DNA of 48,303 nt from Chryseobacterium gleum. GTDB taxonomy: Bacteria; Bacteroidota; Bacteroidia; Flavobacteriales_D; UBA2798. The translations under genes and the position numbers were made by a program. This document shows, piece by piece, positions 8,300 to 17,918 of this stretch (within the stretch, counting starts at the first letter, position 1; the number at the start of each line of letters is the position of its first letter). The notes beneath the pieces were generated by a model. It saw only the letters and a list, made by a program, of their open reading frames with translations, did no database searches and was not told the DNA's origin. The stretch is from positions 1 through 48,303 of the forward strand of contig CAMBFX010000003.1 in assembly GCA_945865695.1 (NCBI GenBank), written 5' to 3'.

Positions 8300-10447
8300 A
8301 TGAAAAAAATGAAAAAGCTAAAATATATATCACTTGTTTTGATTGCGGCAATCATGGTCAATTCAGCCAATGCACAAAAAACAACTAAAGTAACTGCAAC
8401 TGGAACTGAAAAACTAGATCGTTCAGTAAGACCAACAGCAGGAACAGCTGCAACTATCCAATTGAAAAAACCTGAGATGTTCACTCTGGATAATGGATTA
8501 AAAGTTTTTGTTGTTGAGAATCACAAAAACCCGAGTGTTTCACTTTCCATCCAATTGGATATTCCTCCAATGAAGGAAGGAGATAAAACAGGAGTTTCTC
8601 AATTTTCTGGAGAACTTTTAGGAACAGCAACAGAAACAAGAACTAAGGATCAAATCAATGAGGAAGTAGATTTCATTGGCGCCTCCTTAAATACATCAGG
8701 TGGTGGAATTAGTGGTGCTTGTTTGAAAAAACATTTACCTAAATTAATGGATGTACTAACAGATGTATTATTGAAACCAGTTTTCAATCAGGAAGAATTG
8801 GATAAATTAAAAACACAAATGAAATCCAATCTTGCTTCAAATAAATCTTCACCGGCCAACATGGCTTCAAACCTTAAAGCGAAATTGGTTTACGGAGCTA
8901 ATCATCCCTATGGAGAAGTGATGATGGAAGCTAATGTGGATAATATTACATTAGAAGATTGTAAGAAATATTACGCTGATTATTTCCGTCCTAATGTTGG
9001 TTATCTTGCAATTGTTGGTGATATCACTAAAGCTGAAGCAAAAGAATTGTGTGCTAAATATTTTTCAGGGTGGAAAAAAGGAGAAATTCCAAAATCTTAT
9101 ATACCGCCAGTGCAAGGACCTGCTCAAACAAAAGTTTGTTTTGTTGACAAGCCGGGTGCTACACAAACAACCATTCATATTACTTATCCTGTAGATTATA
9201 AACCCGGGAGTGAAGATGCGATAAAATGTGCAGTGATGAATGATATTTTAGGTGGATCATTTTCTGCTCGTTTATTCAGAAATCTTCGTGAAACTTATCG
9301 TTTGACGTATGGCGCCTATTCTGATTTATCTTCAGATAAATATGTAGGAAATTTTGATGCTAATGCAGATGTTAGAACTATTGCCACAGACAGTGCATTA
9401 GTACAATTCTTTTATGAGATTAATAAAATGCGCAATGAACCTGTTTCACAAAGAGAATTACAAGGAGTAATCAATAATTTGACCGGTATATTTTCATTGG
9501 CTTTAGAACAACCTTCTACCATCGCAAGTTTTGCAATGAACATTGATAAGTATAATTTATCTCCCGACTATTATGCTAACTATTTAACTGCACTTTCAAA
9601 AGTAACTATTGAAGATGTTCAAGCGATGGCTAAAAAATATTTGAAGCCAGAAAATGCTTATATCATTTTAGTTGGAGACAAAGAAGTAATTTCAAAAGAT
9701 GTAGCCAAATACAGCAAAGACGGAAAAATAGCTTATTATGATAGCTACGGAAATGATTTTGTTGAATTGAAAAAAGCGCCTGAAGGTGTAACTGGATGGA
9801 CTGTTTTAGATAATTATATAAAAGCAGTTGGTGGAGAGGTAGCCATGAAAAAAGTAACTAGTTTGAAAATTGTGATGAGCGCTACACTTCAAGGAATGGC
9901 AATTGACCAAACTGTAATGAAAAAAGCGGTTAAAGGTGGAGGTAATAAAATGAAATCTTCATTTGGTTCAGGTATGATGGTTTTACAAAGCTCAGTTTTT
10001 GATGGCACCACTGGATATTCAGCAGATATGCAAAGTGGCAAAAAAGATTTTACTCCAGAAGAAATCACCGAAATGAAAATGGATGCGCAGATGTTTCCAG
10101 AATTATTTTACAAAACAAATGGATACCAATTTAATTTATTAGGAATAGATAAAGTAGATGAGAAGGAAGCCTATAAAATCGAAATGGTAAAACCAAATGG
10201 TGATAAGCAAACGGAATGGTATGATGTTGCTACAGGTTTTCAAGTGATGACTGCTGTTACGCAAGATGGAAATACTATTGAAACTAAATTTTCTGACTAC
10301 AAAGAAATTGAAGTGAAGAAAATAGGGAAATTGAAATTTCCGAATAAGGTTTCTGCAATGGTTGGCCCAGGAATGGTTTTGGAATTCGTTGCAAAAGAAA
10401 TATTAGTGAACTCTAAATTAGATGATGCTTTGTTTAGTGCAAAGTAA
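8300..10447 (+). CDS. M16 family peptidase partner subunit (no HxxEH) with ~230-aa C-terminal extension
   Basis: LDNGLKVFVVENH, HPYG, YFRPN...IVGD, ILGGSFSARLFRNLRE...TYGAYS. The zinc motif is absent. A beta-rich C-terminal domain follows. Confidence 0.92.
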   Translation: MKKMKKLKYISLVLIAAIMVNSANAQKTTKVTATGTEKLDRSVRPTAGTAATIQLKKPEMFTLDNGLKVFVVENHKNPSVSLSIQLDIPPMKEGDKTGVSQFSGELLGTATETRTKDQINEEVDFIGASLNTSGGGISGACLKKHLPKLMDVLTDVLLKPVFNQEELDKLKTQMKSNLASNKSSPANMASNLKAKLVYGANHPYGEVMMEANVDNITLEDCKKYYADYFRPNVGYLAIVGDITKAEAKELCAKYFSGWKKGEIPKSYIPPVQGPAQTKVCFVDKPGATQTTIHITYPVDYKPGSEDAIKCAVMNDILGGSFSARLFRNLRETYRLTYGAYSDLSSDKYVGNFDANADVRTIATDSALVQFFYEINKMRNEPVSQRELQGVINNLTGIFSLALEQPSTIASFAMNIDKYNLSPDYYANYLTALSKVTIEDVQAMAKKYLKPENAYIILVGDKEVISKDVAKYSKDGKIAYYDSYGNDFVELKKAPEGVTGWTVLDNYIKAVGGEVAMKKVTSLKIVMSATLQGMAIDQTVMKKAVKGGGNKMKSSFGSGMMVLQSSVFDGTTGYSADMQSGKKDFTPEEITEMKMDAQMFPELFYKTNGYQFNLLGIDKVDEKEAYKIEMVKPNGDKQTEWYDVATGFQVMTAVTQDGNTIETKFSDYKEIEVKKIGKLKFPNKVSAMVGPGMVLEFVAKEILVNSKLDDALFSAK

Positions 10448-10513
10448 AAATTTAACCACGAATTACAAGAAGTAGACACAAAGTTCACAAAGAAAAAATG
10501 AAGAATAATATTT

Positions 10514-10538
10514 AAGCGGCTTTCGGGCCGCTTTTTTT
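10514..10538 (+). terminator. Rho-independent terminator of the M16 operon
   Basis: AAGCGGC-TTTCGG-GCCGCTT hairpin followed by a T-run. Confidence 0.9.
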
Positions 10539-10736
10539 ATTATTAATACCTTAAAAATTATTGCTTTTTTATTCAGATTGATTGTTATTGAGATCAATAA
10601 AATTCAATTATTTTGATAGTAGAAAAAATATCAATTGATAATAGCGCCAATCTAAGTAACTTGGGTTAATAAATTAATTTATTATCAACTCATTTTGAAA
10701 AATGAGTTATATTTAATCTAACTTTTCATTTAGCTA

Positions 10737-11573
10737 ATGATGACAGAAATAAAAACATTTAAAGAATTTAATTCAAAACAAAAAGTATTTGATAAACTAA
10801 GAAATATTGGAAGAAAACTTGCAATTTCTAGTTTGTCTATGAAATATGACATTTCAAAAACCACTAATTGGATAAAACTACCCTATTACCACCATGTATT
10901 TGATGATGAAAAATTAAATTTTGAAAGTCAACTAAAATATCTAAAAAATTTTGGTGATTTTATCAGTATGGATAAAGTTTGCGAATTGGTGAATGGTAAC
11001 GAACCCATTGATGGCCGTTATTTTTCACTGAGTTTTGATGACGGCTTTCTTAATTGTCGAAATAATATGATGGAAATAACTAGCAATTTGAATATTCCTG
11101 TCATTATTTATCTTCCGACTGATTATGTTGGATTGAATGCTTCCTACGCAAATGACATCGAAAAAATCAAGCAATTTTATCCCGAGGATCCGAAATTAAT
11201 TTCATTTTTGAGTTGGGAAGATTGTAAAGAAATGCTTTTACATAATATCACTTTTGGTTCTCATACCTGTAGTCATGCCAATTTATCGAAACTACATTCT
11301 ACTGGAATTGAAACTGAACTTAGAAATTCAAAAAACATAATAGAAGAAAAGCTAAATACATCTTGTTTGCATTTTGCATGTCCATGGGGTCGTATTGGAA
11401 TTGATTTTCACCCTGAAATTACGACTGATATTGAAAAAAGAATCGGATTTAAATCTTTCGCCACCACCAACAGAGGAAAAATGCAAAAAAATGATAATCT
11501 ATATCAGTTGAGGAGAGATCATTTATTGGCTGAGTGGGGTAATTATCAATTAAAATATTTTTTTGGAAAATGA
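10737..11573 (+). CDS. Polysaccharide deacetylase (CE4/NodB family)
   Basis: YHHV, LSFDDG, GSHTCSH, FACPWG motifs. Confidence 0.92.
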   Translation: MMTEIKTFKEFNSKQKVFDKLRNIGRKLAISSLSMKYDISKTTNWIKLPYYHHVFDDEKLNFESQLKYLKNFGDFISMDKVCELVNGNEPIDGRYFSLSFDDGFLNCRNNMMEITSNLNIPVIIYLPTDYVGLNASYANDIEKIKQFYPEDPKLISFLSWEDCKEMLLHNITFGSHTCSHANLSKLHSTGIETELRNSKNIIEEKLNTSCLHFACPWGRIGIDFHPEITTDIEKRIGFKSFATTNRGKMQKNDNLYQLRRDHLLAEWGNYQLKYFFGK

Positions 11574-12670
11574 TTACTCGTAATGAATTAAATATTCGAC
11601 ATGCAAAATCAGAGGACGCCATTGAAGTCTGTAAGCTTTTGAAAAAACTTGGACTCAATCAACCAGCTAATCAAGAAGCCATCCAACATTGGCAAAGATT
11701 ATGGAATGAAAATCCATTTTATAAAACTTTTAAACTAGAATATTTTTATGGTTGGGTAATGGAGCATAATGGAAAAATTGTAGGCTTTTTTGGCAATATT
11801 CCGAGAATATATTCTTTGAATGATAAACTAATTCCTGTTGCAATTGCTAGTCAATGGGGAGTGAAGAAAGAATACAGACAATACACCGATTTATTGTCGG
11901 AGAAATTTTTCAATGAAAATCCCATAACATTAAAGTTGGTTACTACAGCAATAAAACCAACTGGACGTATTTTTGAAAAATTCAATGGCAAAAGAGTTCC
12001 GAATAATCAGTTGGACAATGTGTATATGGTTCCATTTGATTTATTCAAACTCATTCAACATAAATACACCAATTCATTGCTGAAATTTTTTATTACCTTT
12101 TTGAGTTACATTATACCATGGAAATGGAAGTTTCGTACAATCAAAAAAAACAACGCGATACGTGAAATAAAAATTGAAAACGCAGAAAATAATCTCGAAG
12201 AATTTTTAAATCGATTTATGAATCAATCAAAAGGATTAATTGCCACACGAAATCTGGAAACATTAAAATGGTTTTATTTAGGTGGAATTCGCAGACTTGA
12301 GAAAAAATTTTTTATTTACGAAGAAAAAAATATTATTACTGGTTTTGCCTCTATCATTGAGGAACCGATTGAGGGAAATTCAAGCATAAAAAGATTTAAG
12401 GTAATTGATGTTCTTGCAGAAACCAATAAGGTAAAAAAGGAAATCATTACAGAATTAATTCGAAATTCTTTTGAAATGAAAGCTGATGTTTTGGAGTTTC
12501 ACCACTGCGGATTGATAAATAAATCAGAAATTCCATTTTTTATTTTGACAAGAAAATACAAACAATTTCCCGCATACTATCATTCTTCTGATTCAGAATT
12601 AGATTTAATATTAAATAATCAAAATAGCTGGAATCTCATGCCATTTGATGGTGACACCGCATTATCCTGA
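11570..12670 (+). CDS. GNAT-fold N-acyltransferase-like protein (probably tandem GNAT)
   Basis: IRHAKSED, GKIVGFFG, WGVKKEYR, R..ETLKWFY motifs; ATGA overlap with the deacetylase. Confidence 0.7.
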   Translation: MITRNELNIRHAKSEDAIEVCKLLKKLGLNQPANQEAIQHWQRLWNENPFYKTFKLEYFYGWVMEHNGKIVGFFGNIPRIYSLNDKLIPVAIASQWGVKKEYRQYTDLLSEKFFNENPITLKLVTTAIKPTGRIFEKFNGKRVPNNQLDNVYMVPFDLFKLIQHKYTNSLLKFFITFLSYIIPWKWKFRTIKKNNAIREIKIENAENNLEEFLNRFMNQSKGLIATRNLETLKWFYLGGIRRLEKKFFIYEEKNIITGFASIIEEPIEGNSSIKRFKVIDVLAETNKVKKEIITELIRNSFEMKADVLEFHHCGLINKSEIPFFILTRKYKQFPAYYHSSDSELDLILNNQNSWNLMPFDGDTALS

Positions 12671-12707
12671 TATCAATTAAATATATTTTGAGATATACGA
12701 AAGGATT

Positions 12708-13853
12708 TTAGCTCAATAATTTAAAATATTTATTGCTAAGTTCAGTGACGTCACTTCTTTCTTTCCCAATAATATTTGCAGCAGAGTGAAATGATTTCCA
12801 ATCGAGATCATTCCAATCTACCAATGATTCGATTACCTCCACATATCTACTTTCGTTTAATAAATCAATTATAAAACCAGCGTTCAGAGATTCCGTCTTT
12901 ATCCACGGAGTGCGGTCACTAATGATTACCGGGAGACCGCACATAAAACTTTCCAAAATAATATGTCCAAAATTTTCGCCCCTGGTAGGAAGAAAAAGAA
13001 AATCATATTCAGATAAAACATCAAATAACAATTCAGAATGAAGATTTCCTTTATAATTGACGGAAATATTACTTGGCATCTTTTCAATTATTGATTTACA
13101 TTTCTTCCAATATTCTCCATCATAAATACTACCAAAAATATCCAATTCAATATGTCCTTTGCATTTTGCTAAAACTTCGAGCGCAAATAAAGTGTTCTTT
13201 TCAGGAGCAATTCGCGCAACAGAAACTAATTTTAATTTGCCTACTATCTTTGTATGAATTATTTCTATTCTTTCAATTTGTAACCTAGGAAAATTATCTG
13301 CGACAATTATTCTTTTAAATGATTTGATGTTCCTTCTAACTTGATTTGATTCAATTTCATTCGAAACATGAAATGTAGCTTCCTGATAAAATTTACTTAA
13401 ATTAATCCATTTCAAAAACAATTTCTTCTTGATAGATTTTATCTTAAGTGCTTCGATAGCTAACATCCCACGGGGAGAAACCACAATATTTTTATGATTG
13501 AAAATTTTCGAAGCCATTAAGGGCAATATTGAAAATTTTTTTGAGAATAGTCCCATAATCATTATTGTCTGATAACTTCGTTCCTTCAACAAATTCACAT
13601 AATGATTTTTGTTTTGATGATGTTTATCCAAATACATTATTTTTTCACCATTGGGTCCCATCAACCAATGATTAAATTTAATATCAGAATACGGAATACT
13701 CTCAGTATATTCTGTATTACCAGTAACAACAAAAAATTCGTAATGTAATTTTAAATGCGCAATCATATTAAAACAAGATCTAACCGGACCGCCAGCTTTG
13801 TAGCCAGGAAAATACCAATCAATAAAAATGAGGATTTTCGGTTTTTTTGTCAT
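12708..13853 (-). CDS. Glycosyltransferase family 4
   Basis: PGYKAGGP, SPRGML, ARIAPEKN, PTRGENFGHIILES...GLPVI. Confidence 0.93.
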   Translation of the reverse strand: MTKKPKILIFIDWYFPGYKAGGPVRSCFNMIAHLKLHYEFFVVTGNTEYTESIPYSDIKFNHWLMGPNGEKIMYLDKHHQNKNHYVNLLKERSYQTIMIMGLFSKKFSILPLMASKIFNHKNIVVSPRGMLAIEALKIKSIKKKLFLKWINLSKFYQEATFHVSNEIESNQVRRNIKSFKRIIVADNFPRLQIERIEIIHTKIVGKLKLVSVARIAPEKNTLFALEVLAKCKGHIELDIFGSIYDGEYWKKCKSIIEKMPSNISVNYKGNLHSELLFDVLSEYDFLFLPTRGENFGHIILESFMCGLPVIISDRTPWIKTESLNAGFIIDLLNESRYVEVIESLVDWNDLDWKSFHSAANIIGKERSDVTELSNKYFKLLS

Positions 13854-15733
13854 TAGGATCTGATATTATTTCTTTGCAACCAATCTTCAAGAACTACCAA
13901 ATACCAAACTCGTGAAAATGTAACACGTTTATCTCTATTTAAGAAACATTTCCAATGAAGAATAATTTCTTTTTCATTAAAAAGTTCACGTTTAGATAAG
14001 GAATAAATACGTTCTTCACAAAATGATTTCAACTCATTTTTCATCCACCCTTCCCAAGGAAAAGTGAAACCCATTTTCTGTCGATTGACAATTTCAGATG
14101 GAATTAAATCACCCAATGAATCTATTAATAATTTTTTAGGTGAATGAGGAATTTTAAATTCATCCTTTACACCTAAAACATAAGAAACTAAATGATGATC
14201 TAAAAACGGAACGCGAACTTCTAATGCATGCGCCATACTCATTTGATCGGTATCACGTAATAATACATTTTGCAAATAAGTACTTAATTCGAAAATTGAA
14301 ATTTTAGATAAATCAGCATAAGAATAAGCTAATCGATTGCTTCGTATCAATTCATGAATTATTTCTGAAACTCTATTGACAGAAATATTTTGTCTACCCG
14401 TTAGCTCAATGATCTTCTTTTCTGTCAGTACTTTTCTCATCAAAGGATAAGTCGATTCTATTGAAAATTTATTTAATCGCAAAAATTCACTTAATTTATC
14501 TGATGAGATAGAAGGTTTTACTTTTTGCAAAACATGGGCACCAAATCCTCTCATTCCATTTGGAAAAACATGCAACCATTTTTTAGATTGAATTTTTTTT
14601 AATTGCATAAATGACTCGTAACCCGCAAATAATTCATCACCACCTAATCCAGAAATTGCCATTGTAATTCCTGCCTCTTTGGTGACTTTAGAAACCACAA
14701 ATGTATTTGGGCCATCCCCAGATGGGTGATCCATGGCCGCCAATGATCCTGGCATCATTTTCAAAAAATCATTCGGAGACAATTTGATTTCAGTGTGATC
14801 GGTAGAATATTTTTCAGCAATTATTTTTGCATACTTTGCTTCGCTAAATTCGGATTCATCAAATGAAATACAAAAAGTTTTTACCGCTTGGGATGAATTC
14901 TTAGCCATCATAGCAACCACAGCAGACGAATCTATTCCACCTGATAAAAAAGCACCAAAAGGAACATCGGCCACTAAACGTTTCTGAACTGCCTTTTCAA
15001 ATAAAGAACAAATATTATTCGTTACTTCTTCATAAGAAACAGTATTTGAAATATTTTCCGCGCATGAATCAACAGACCAGTATTTCTTAATCTGTGTTTC
15101 ATTTTTTCGAATCAACATAAAATGTCCGGGCATCAACATTTCCACATCCTCAATCATCGTTTGAGGAGCGTGCACCGTTTGATAACGGAGATAATCTTCT
15201 AATGAATTTTCATTTATTCGTCGTGGAATCAAATCAGATGATAATAATGCTCTGAGTTCTGATGAAAACAAAATACTATTTTCCTTTTTATAAAAATAAA
15301 CTGGTTTAATTCCTAAGCGATCGCGAACAATTAATAATTCATTTTCTATCGCATCCCAGATAGCAAAAGCAAACATTCCTTCCAATCGAGAAATAAAATC
15401 AATTCCCCATTTTCGATAGGCATTTAATAATACTTCGGTATCTGATTTTGTTCTGAAATTAAAATCTGTAAGTTGTGATTTTAAATTATTGTAATTGTAA
15501 ATTTCACCATTAAATACCATTGCATACCTTTTATCCTCACTAAAAAAAGGTTGATTGCTTTCCACACTTAAATCAATTATTGATAATCTTCGATGACCTA
15601 AAACAATATTATTTCCCTCGTAAATTCCATCGGCATCTGGTCCACGATGAGAAATGGCAAAATTCATCCTTTGCAATATCTCTCTTGCATTATCTACTTT
15701 TTGAGTGCCAAATATTCCGTTAATCCCGCACAT
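13853..15733 (-). CDS. asnB: Asparagine synthase (glutamine-hydrolysing)-like amidotransferase
   Basis: N-terminal MCGI nucleophile, HRGPD, GHRRLSIID, FNGEIYN, RDRLGIKP, LSGGIDSS, SG.GGDELF.GY, EVRVPFLD. Glycan-locus context suggests sugar amidation. Confidence 0.95.
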   Translation of the reverse strand: MCGINGIFGTQKVDNAREILQRMNFAISHRGPDADGIYEGNNIVLGHRRLSIIDLSVESNQPFFSEDKRYAMVFNGEIYNYNNLKSQLTDFNFRTKSDTEVLLNAYRKWGIDFISRLEGMFAFAIWDAIENELLIVRDRLGIKPVYFYKKENSILFSSELRALLSSDLIPRRINENSLEDYLRYQTVHAPQTMIEDVEMLMPGHFMLIRKNETQIKKYWSVDSCAENISNTVSYEEVTNNICSLFEKAVQKRLVADVPFGAFLSGGIDSSAVVAMMAKNSSQAVKTFCISFDESEFSEAKYAKIIAEKYSTDHTEIKLSPNDFLKMMPGSLAAMDHPSGDGPNTFVVSKVTKEAGITMAISGLGGDELFAGYESFMQLKKIQSKKWLHVFPNGMRGFGAHVLQKVKPSISSDKLSEFLRLNKFSIESTYPLMRKVLTEKKIIELTGRQNISVNRVSEIIHELIRSNRLAYSYADLSKISIFELSTYLQNVLLRDTDQMSMAHALEVRVPFLDHHLVSYVLGVKDEFKIPHSPKKLLIDSLGDLIPSEIVNRQKMGFTFPWEGWMKNELKSFCEERIYSLSKRELFNEKEIILHWKCFLNRDKRVTFSRVWYLVVLEDWLQRNNIRS

Positions 15734-16795
15734 CTACTTTAAAAGGTCTGAAATTTGTTTTGCCCATTTTTGAGGAGTTATTTGCTGAGCCAGTTCATGA
15801 CTTTTTTCTGCCATTCTATTTAATCGCTCAGCACTCGAGCCCATCATTTCCTTGAAAGCTTTCTTTAATTGTACTTTATTACACGCTTCAACTATAAATC
15901 CATTCTCTCCGCTTTTTACAAATTGAGAAGCAGATCCCACTCTATCTGTTGCAATTATTGGAAAACCACTCGCAGCGAATTCGTGTATAACTACACCCCA
16001 AGGTTCGAAAGAACTGGGTAAAACAAAAACACCTGTGTCACGAATGAAATTTGGAATTTCCTCGGGTTGCACAAATCCAAAATGTTTTATGCTTGGATGC
16101 TCTTTTCTCTTCTCATATTCCGCTCCAGTACCTAAGCACCAAAGTTCCCATGCATTAGGGTTTTCTTTTTGCAATTCAATAAATGCATCCCACATTTCAT
16201 AAATTCCTTTGAATGCAAGGTAACGTCCAACGAAAATAAATCTCTTTGGAAAATTATTTTTTTTCTGTTCGCTAAATCTCGAATAGTAATCATTAAAAAA
16301 ATGGGTGTCGGCAGAATAAAAACCAGTAAGAATATTTTTGTCATCGAATCCCAATTTTTGCGCAAATAATCTTTGAGATTCGCCTGGCACCCAAACTCTG
16401 TTGAAATACTTTCGAACCAACATTCCACTCAATACGGATGCCATTCTTTGTTTGAAATCACCAACCCATTGATTATCGATTCCTACAATGACAGGGATTT
16501 TCTTTTTATATTTCCTACACGCTTTTTTATATCCTCGATCCATCCAACCGCTGCAATAAATTAAATCCGGTTGAATGTTTTCCAAAACTTTTTGAATTTT
16601 TCCTCTCTTAAATTCAGTTCTATCAAAAACTTTTATATCAGGATGAAATTTAAAATCAAATGGTGCTTCTTTATTCAAGGGCCATCTAAAAAGATAAACT
16701 TCTACTTCATTTGATTTAATTAATTCTTCAATACAGGAAAGAAAATAGGAGGCCAATTCTGTATATAGGAAAACAACTTTATATTTTTTTTGCAC
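15734..16795 (-). CDS. Glycosyltransferase family 4
   Basis: FVGRYLAFKG, LPSSFEPWGVVIHE.AASG.PII. Confidence 0.93.
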   Translation of the reverse strand: MQKKYKVVFLYTELASYFLSCIEELIKSNEVEVYLFRWPLNKEAPFDFKFHPDIKVFDRTEFKRGKIQKVLENIQPDLIYCSGWMDRGYKKACRKYKKKIPVIVGIDNQWVGDFKQRMASVLSGMLVRKYFNRVWVPGESQRLFAQKLGFDDKNILTGFYSADTHFFNDYYSRFSEQKKNNFPKRFIFVGRYLAFKGIYEMWDAFIELQKENPNAWELWCLGTGAEYEKRKEHPSIKHFGFVQPEEIPNFIRDTGVFVLPSSFEPWGVVIHEFAASGFPIIATDRVGSASQFVKSGENGFIVEACNKVQLKKAFKEMMGSSAERLNRMAEKSHELAQQITPQKWAKQISDLLK

Positions 16796-17918
16796 GTATT
16801 TTTCTTTTAAAGAATTTGAATAAAAAATAAAACAAAATGGGTATAAATATTATAGAAATTCCATACCAAAAGTATCTATGAGTGACCATTTGCCAAACGT
16901 AAAGAGGTGCCAATCGCCAATTGAAACTAGGCTCCTCTGGACGATGATTCTTCCACCAATCCATCGTATATTTTTCAAAAGGAAGTACGACATTACTGTT
17001 CAATGAAAATGTTCGAAAAGAAATTTTTCCTTGTTTGGAGTCTACTAACAAAACCGCATCTCGCGGCAAATCACGAATGGCAGTAGCAATGAACGTGATT
17101 TTTTTATTGTATGGATGATACAAAAAACTAGCAGGTGCATTTCCTAAGGAACCACTGAACAAATAAACTCTTGCATTTTCAGATGCCTTTGCAATCATTG
17201 GAAAAACTTCGTCTTTGAAATTGGTGGCAGTTGCCGATTGCGTATTATCCGGAAATAATTTCATCAAATCTTCATCCATATCTACCCATAAGGTGCGATG
17301 CATGAAAATAAAAATATTTTTAATCCTATTTTCTGTTTTTAAATTCAATTTTAAAAATTCCAATTGGGTATTTCGAATATCCCCATTATCTATTTCGGAA
17401 TCTAAAACAATGAATCGTGATGATCCAATTTCAAATGAATGGAATGTTTTTCCATAATGTGCACGATAAAATTCATTGTCCACATCATGATTACCTACTG
17501 CATTGAGAAGCGGCATCTTTAACTTAGGAAAAAGATATTTTTCATAATTATTATGGTCTCGGTCTACATTTAGAAATAAATCTCCCAAACACATTATGAA
17601 GGCTGCATTCATTCCATTCAATGTATCGATATTCGCCATTAAAGAAGCTGCAGGCATTCCAGAAGTGCTATTGGAGGCTCCATGAAAATGTCCACTTACG
17701 ATAAAACTAAAATCATCTGGGTCTACTAATTTTGATTGATTGTTAAGTTCCGATTCGACTTTATGCCTCACTAATTTTTGATTCCTGATTGAATCAGATT
17801 CATGTATATTACGAATATCAGTTGAATTGAGACCTTGGGTCAATTTACTTTTATCCATCATTTGCGATTTACAACAAATGGCAATAATCAAAAATGATAT
17901 TATCTTAATGTATTTCAT
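16779..17918 (-). CDS. Calcineurin-like metallophosphoesterase, exported, with C-terminal TM anchor
   Basis: GHFHG, LGDL, GNHD, FMH motifs; N-terminal signal/lipoprotein-like IAICC; hydrophobic C-terminal helix followed by a basic tail. Confidence 0.8.
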   Translation of the reverse strand: MKYIKIISFLIIAICCKSQMMDKSKLTQGLNSTDIRNIHESDSIRNQKLVRHKVESELNNQSKLVDPDDFSFIVSGHFHGASNSTSGMPAASLMANIDTLNGMNAAFIMCLGDLFLNVDRDHNNYEKYLFPKLKMPLLNAVGNHDVDNEFYRAHYGKTFHSFEIGSSRFIVLDSEIDNGDIRNTQLEFLKLNLKTENRIKNIFIFMHRTLWVDMDEDLMKLFPDNTQSATATNFKDEVFPMIAKASENARVYLFSGSLGNAPASFLYHPYNKKITFIATAIRDLPRDAVLLVDSKQGKISFRTFSLNSNVVLPFEKYTMDWWKNHRPEEPSFNWRLAPLYVWQMVTHRYFWYGISIIFIPILFYFLFKFFKRKIRAKKI

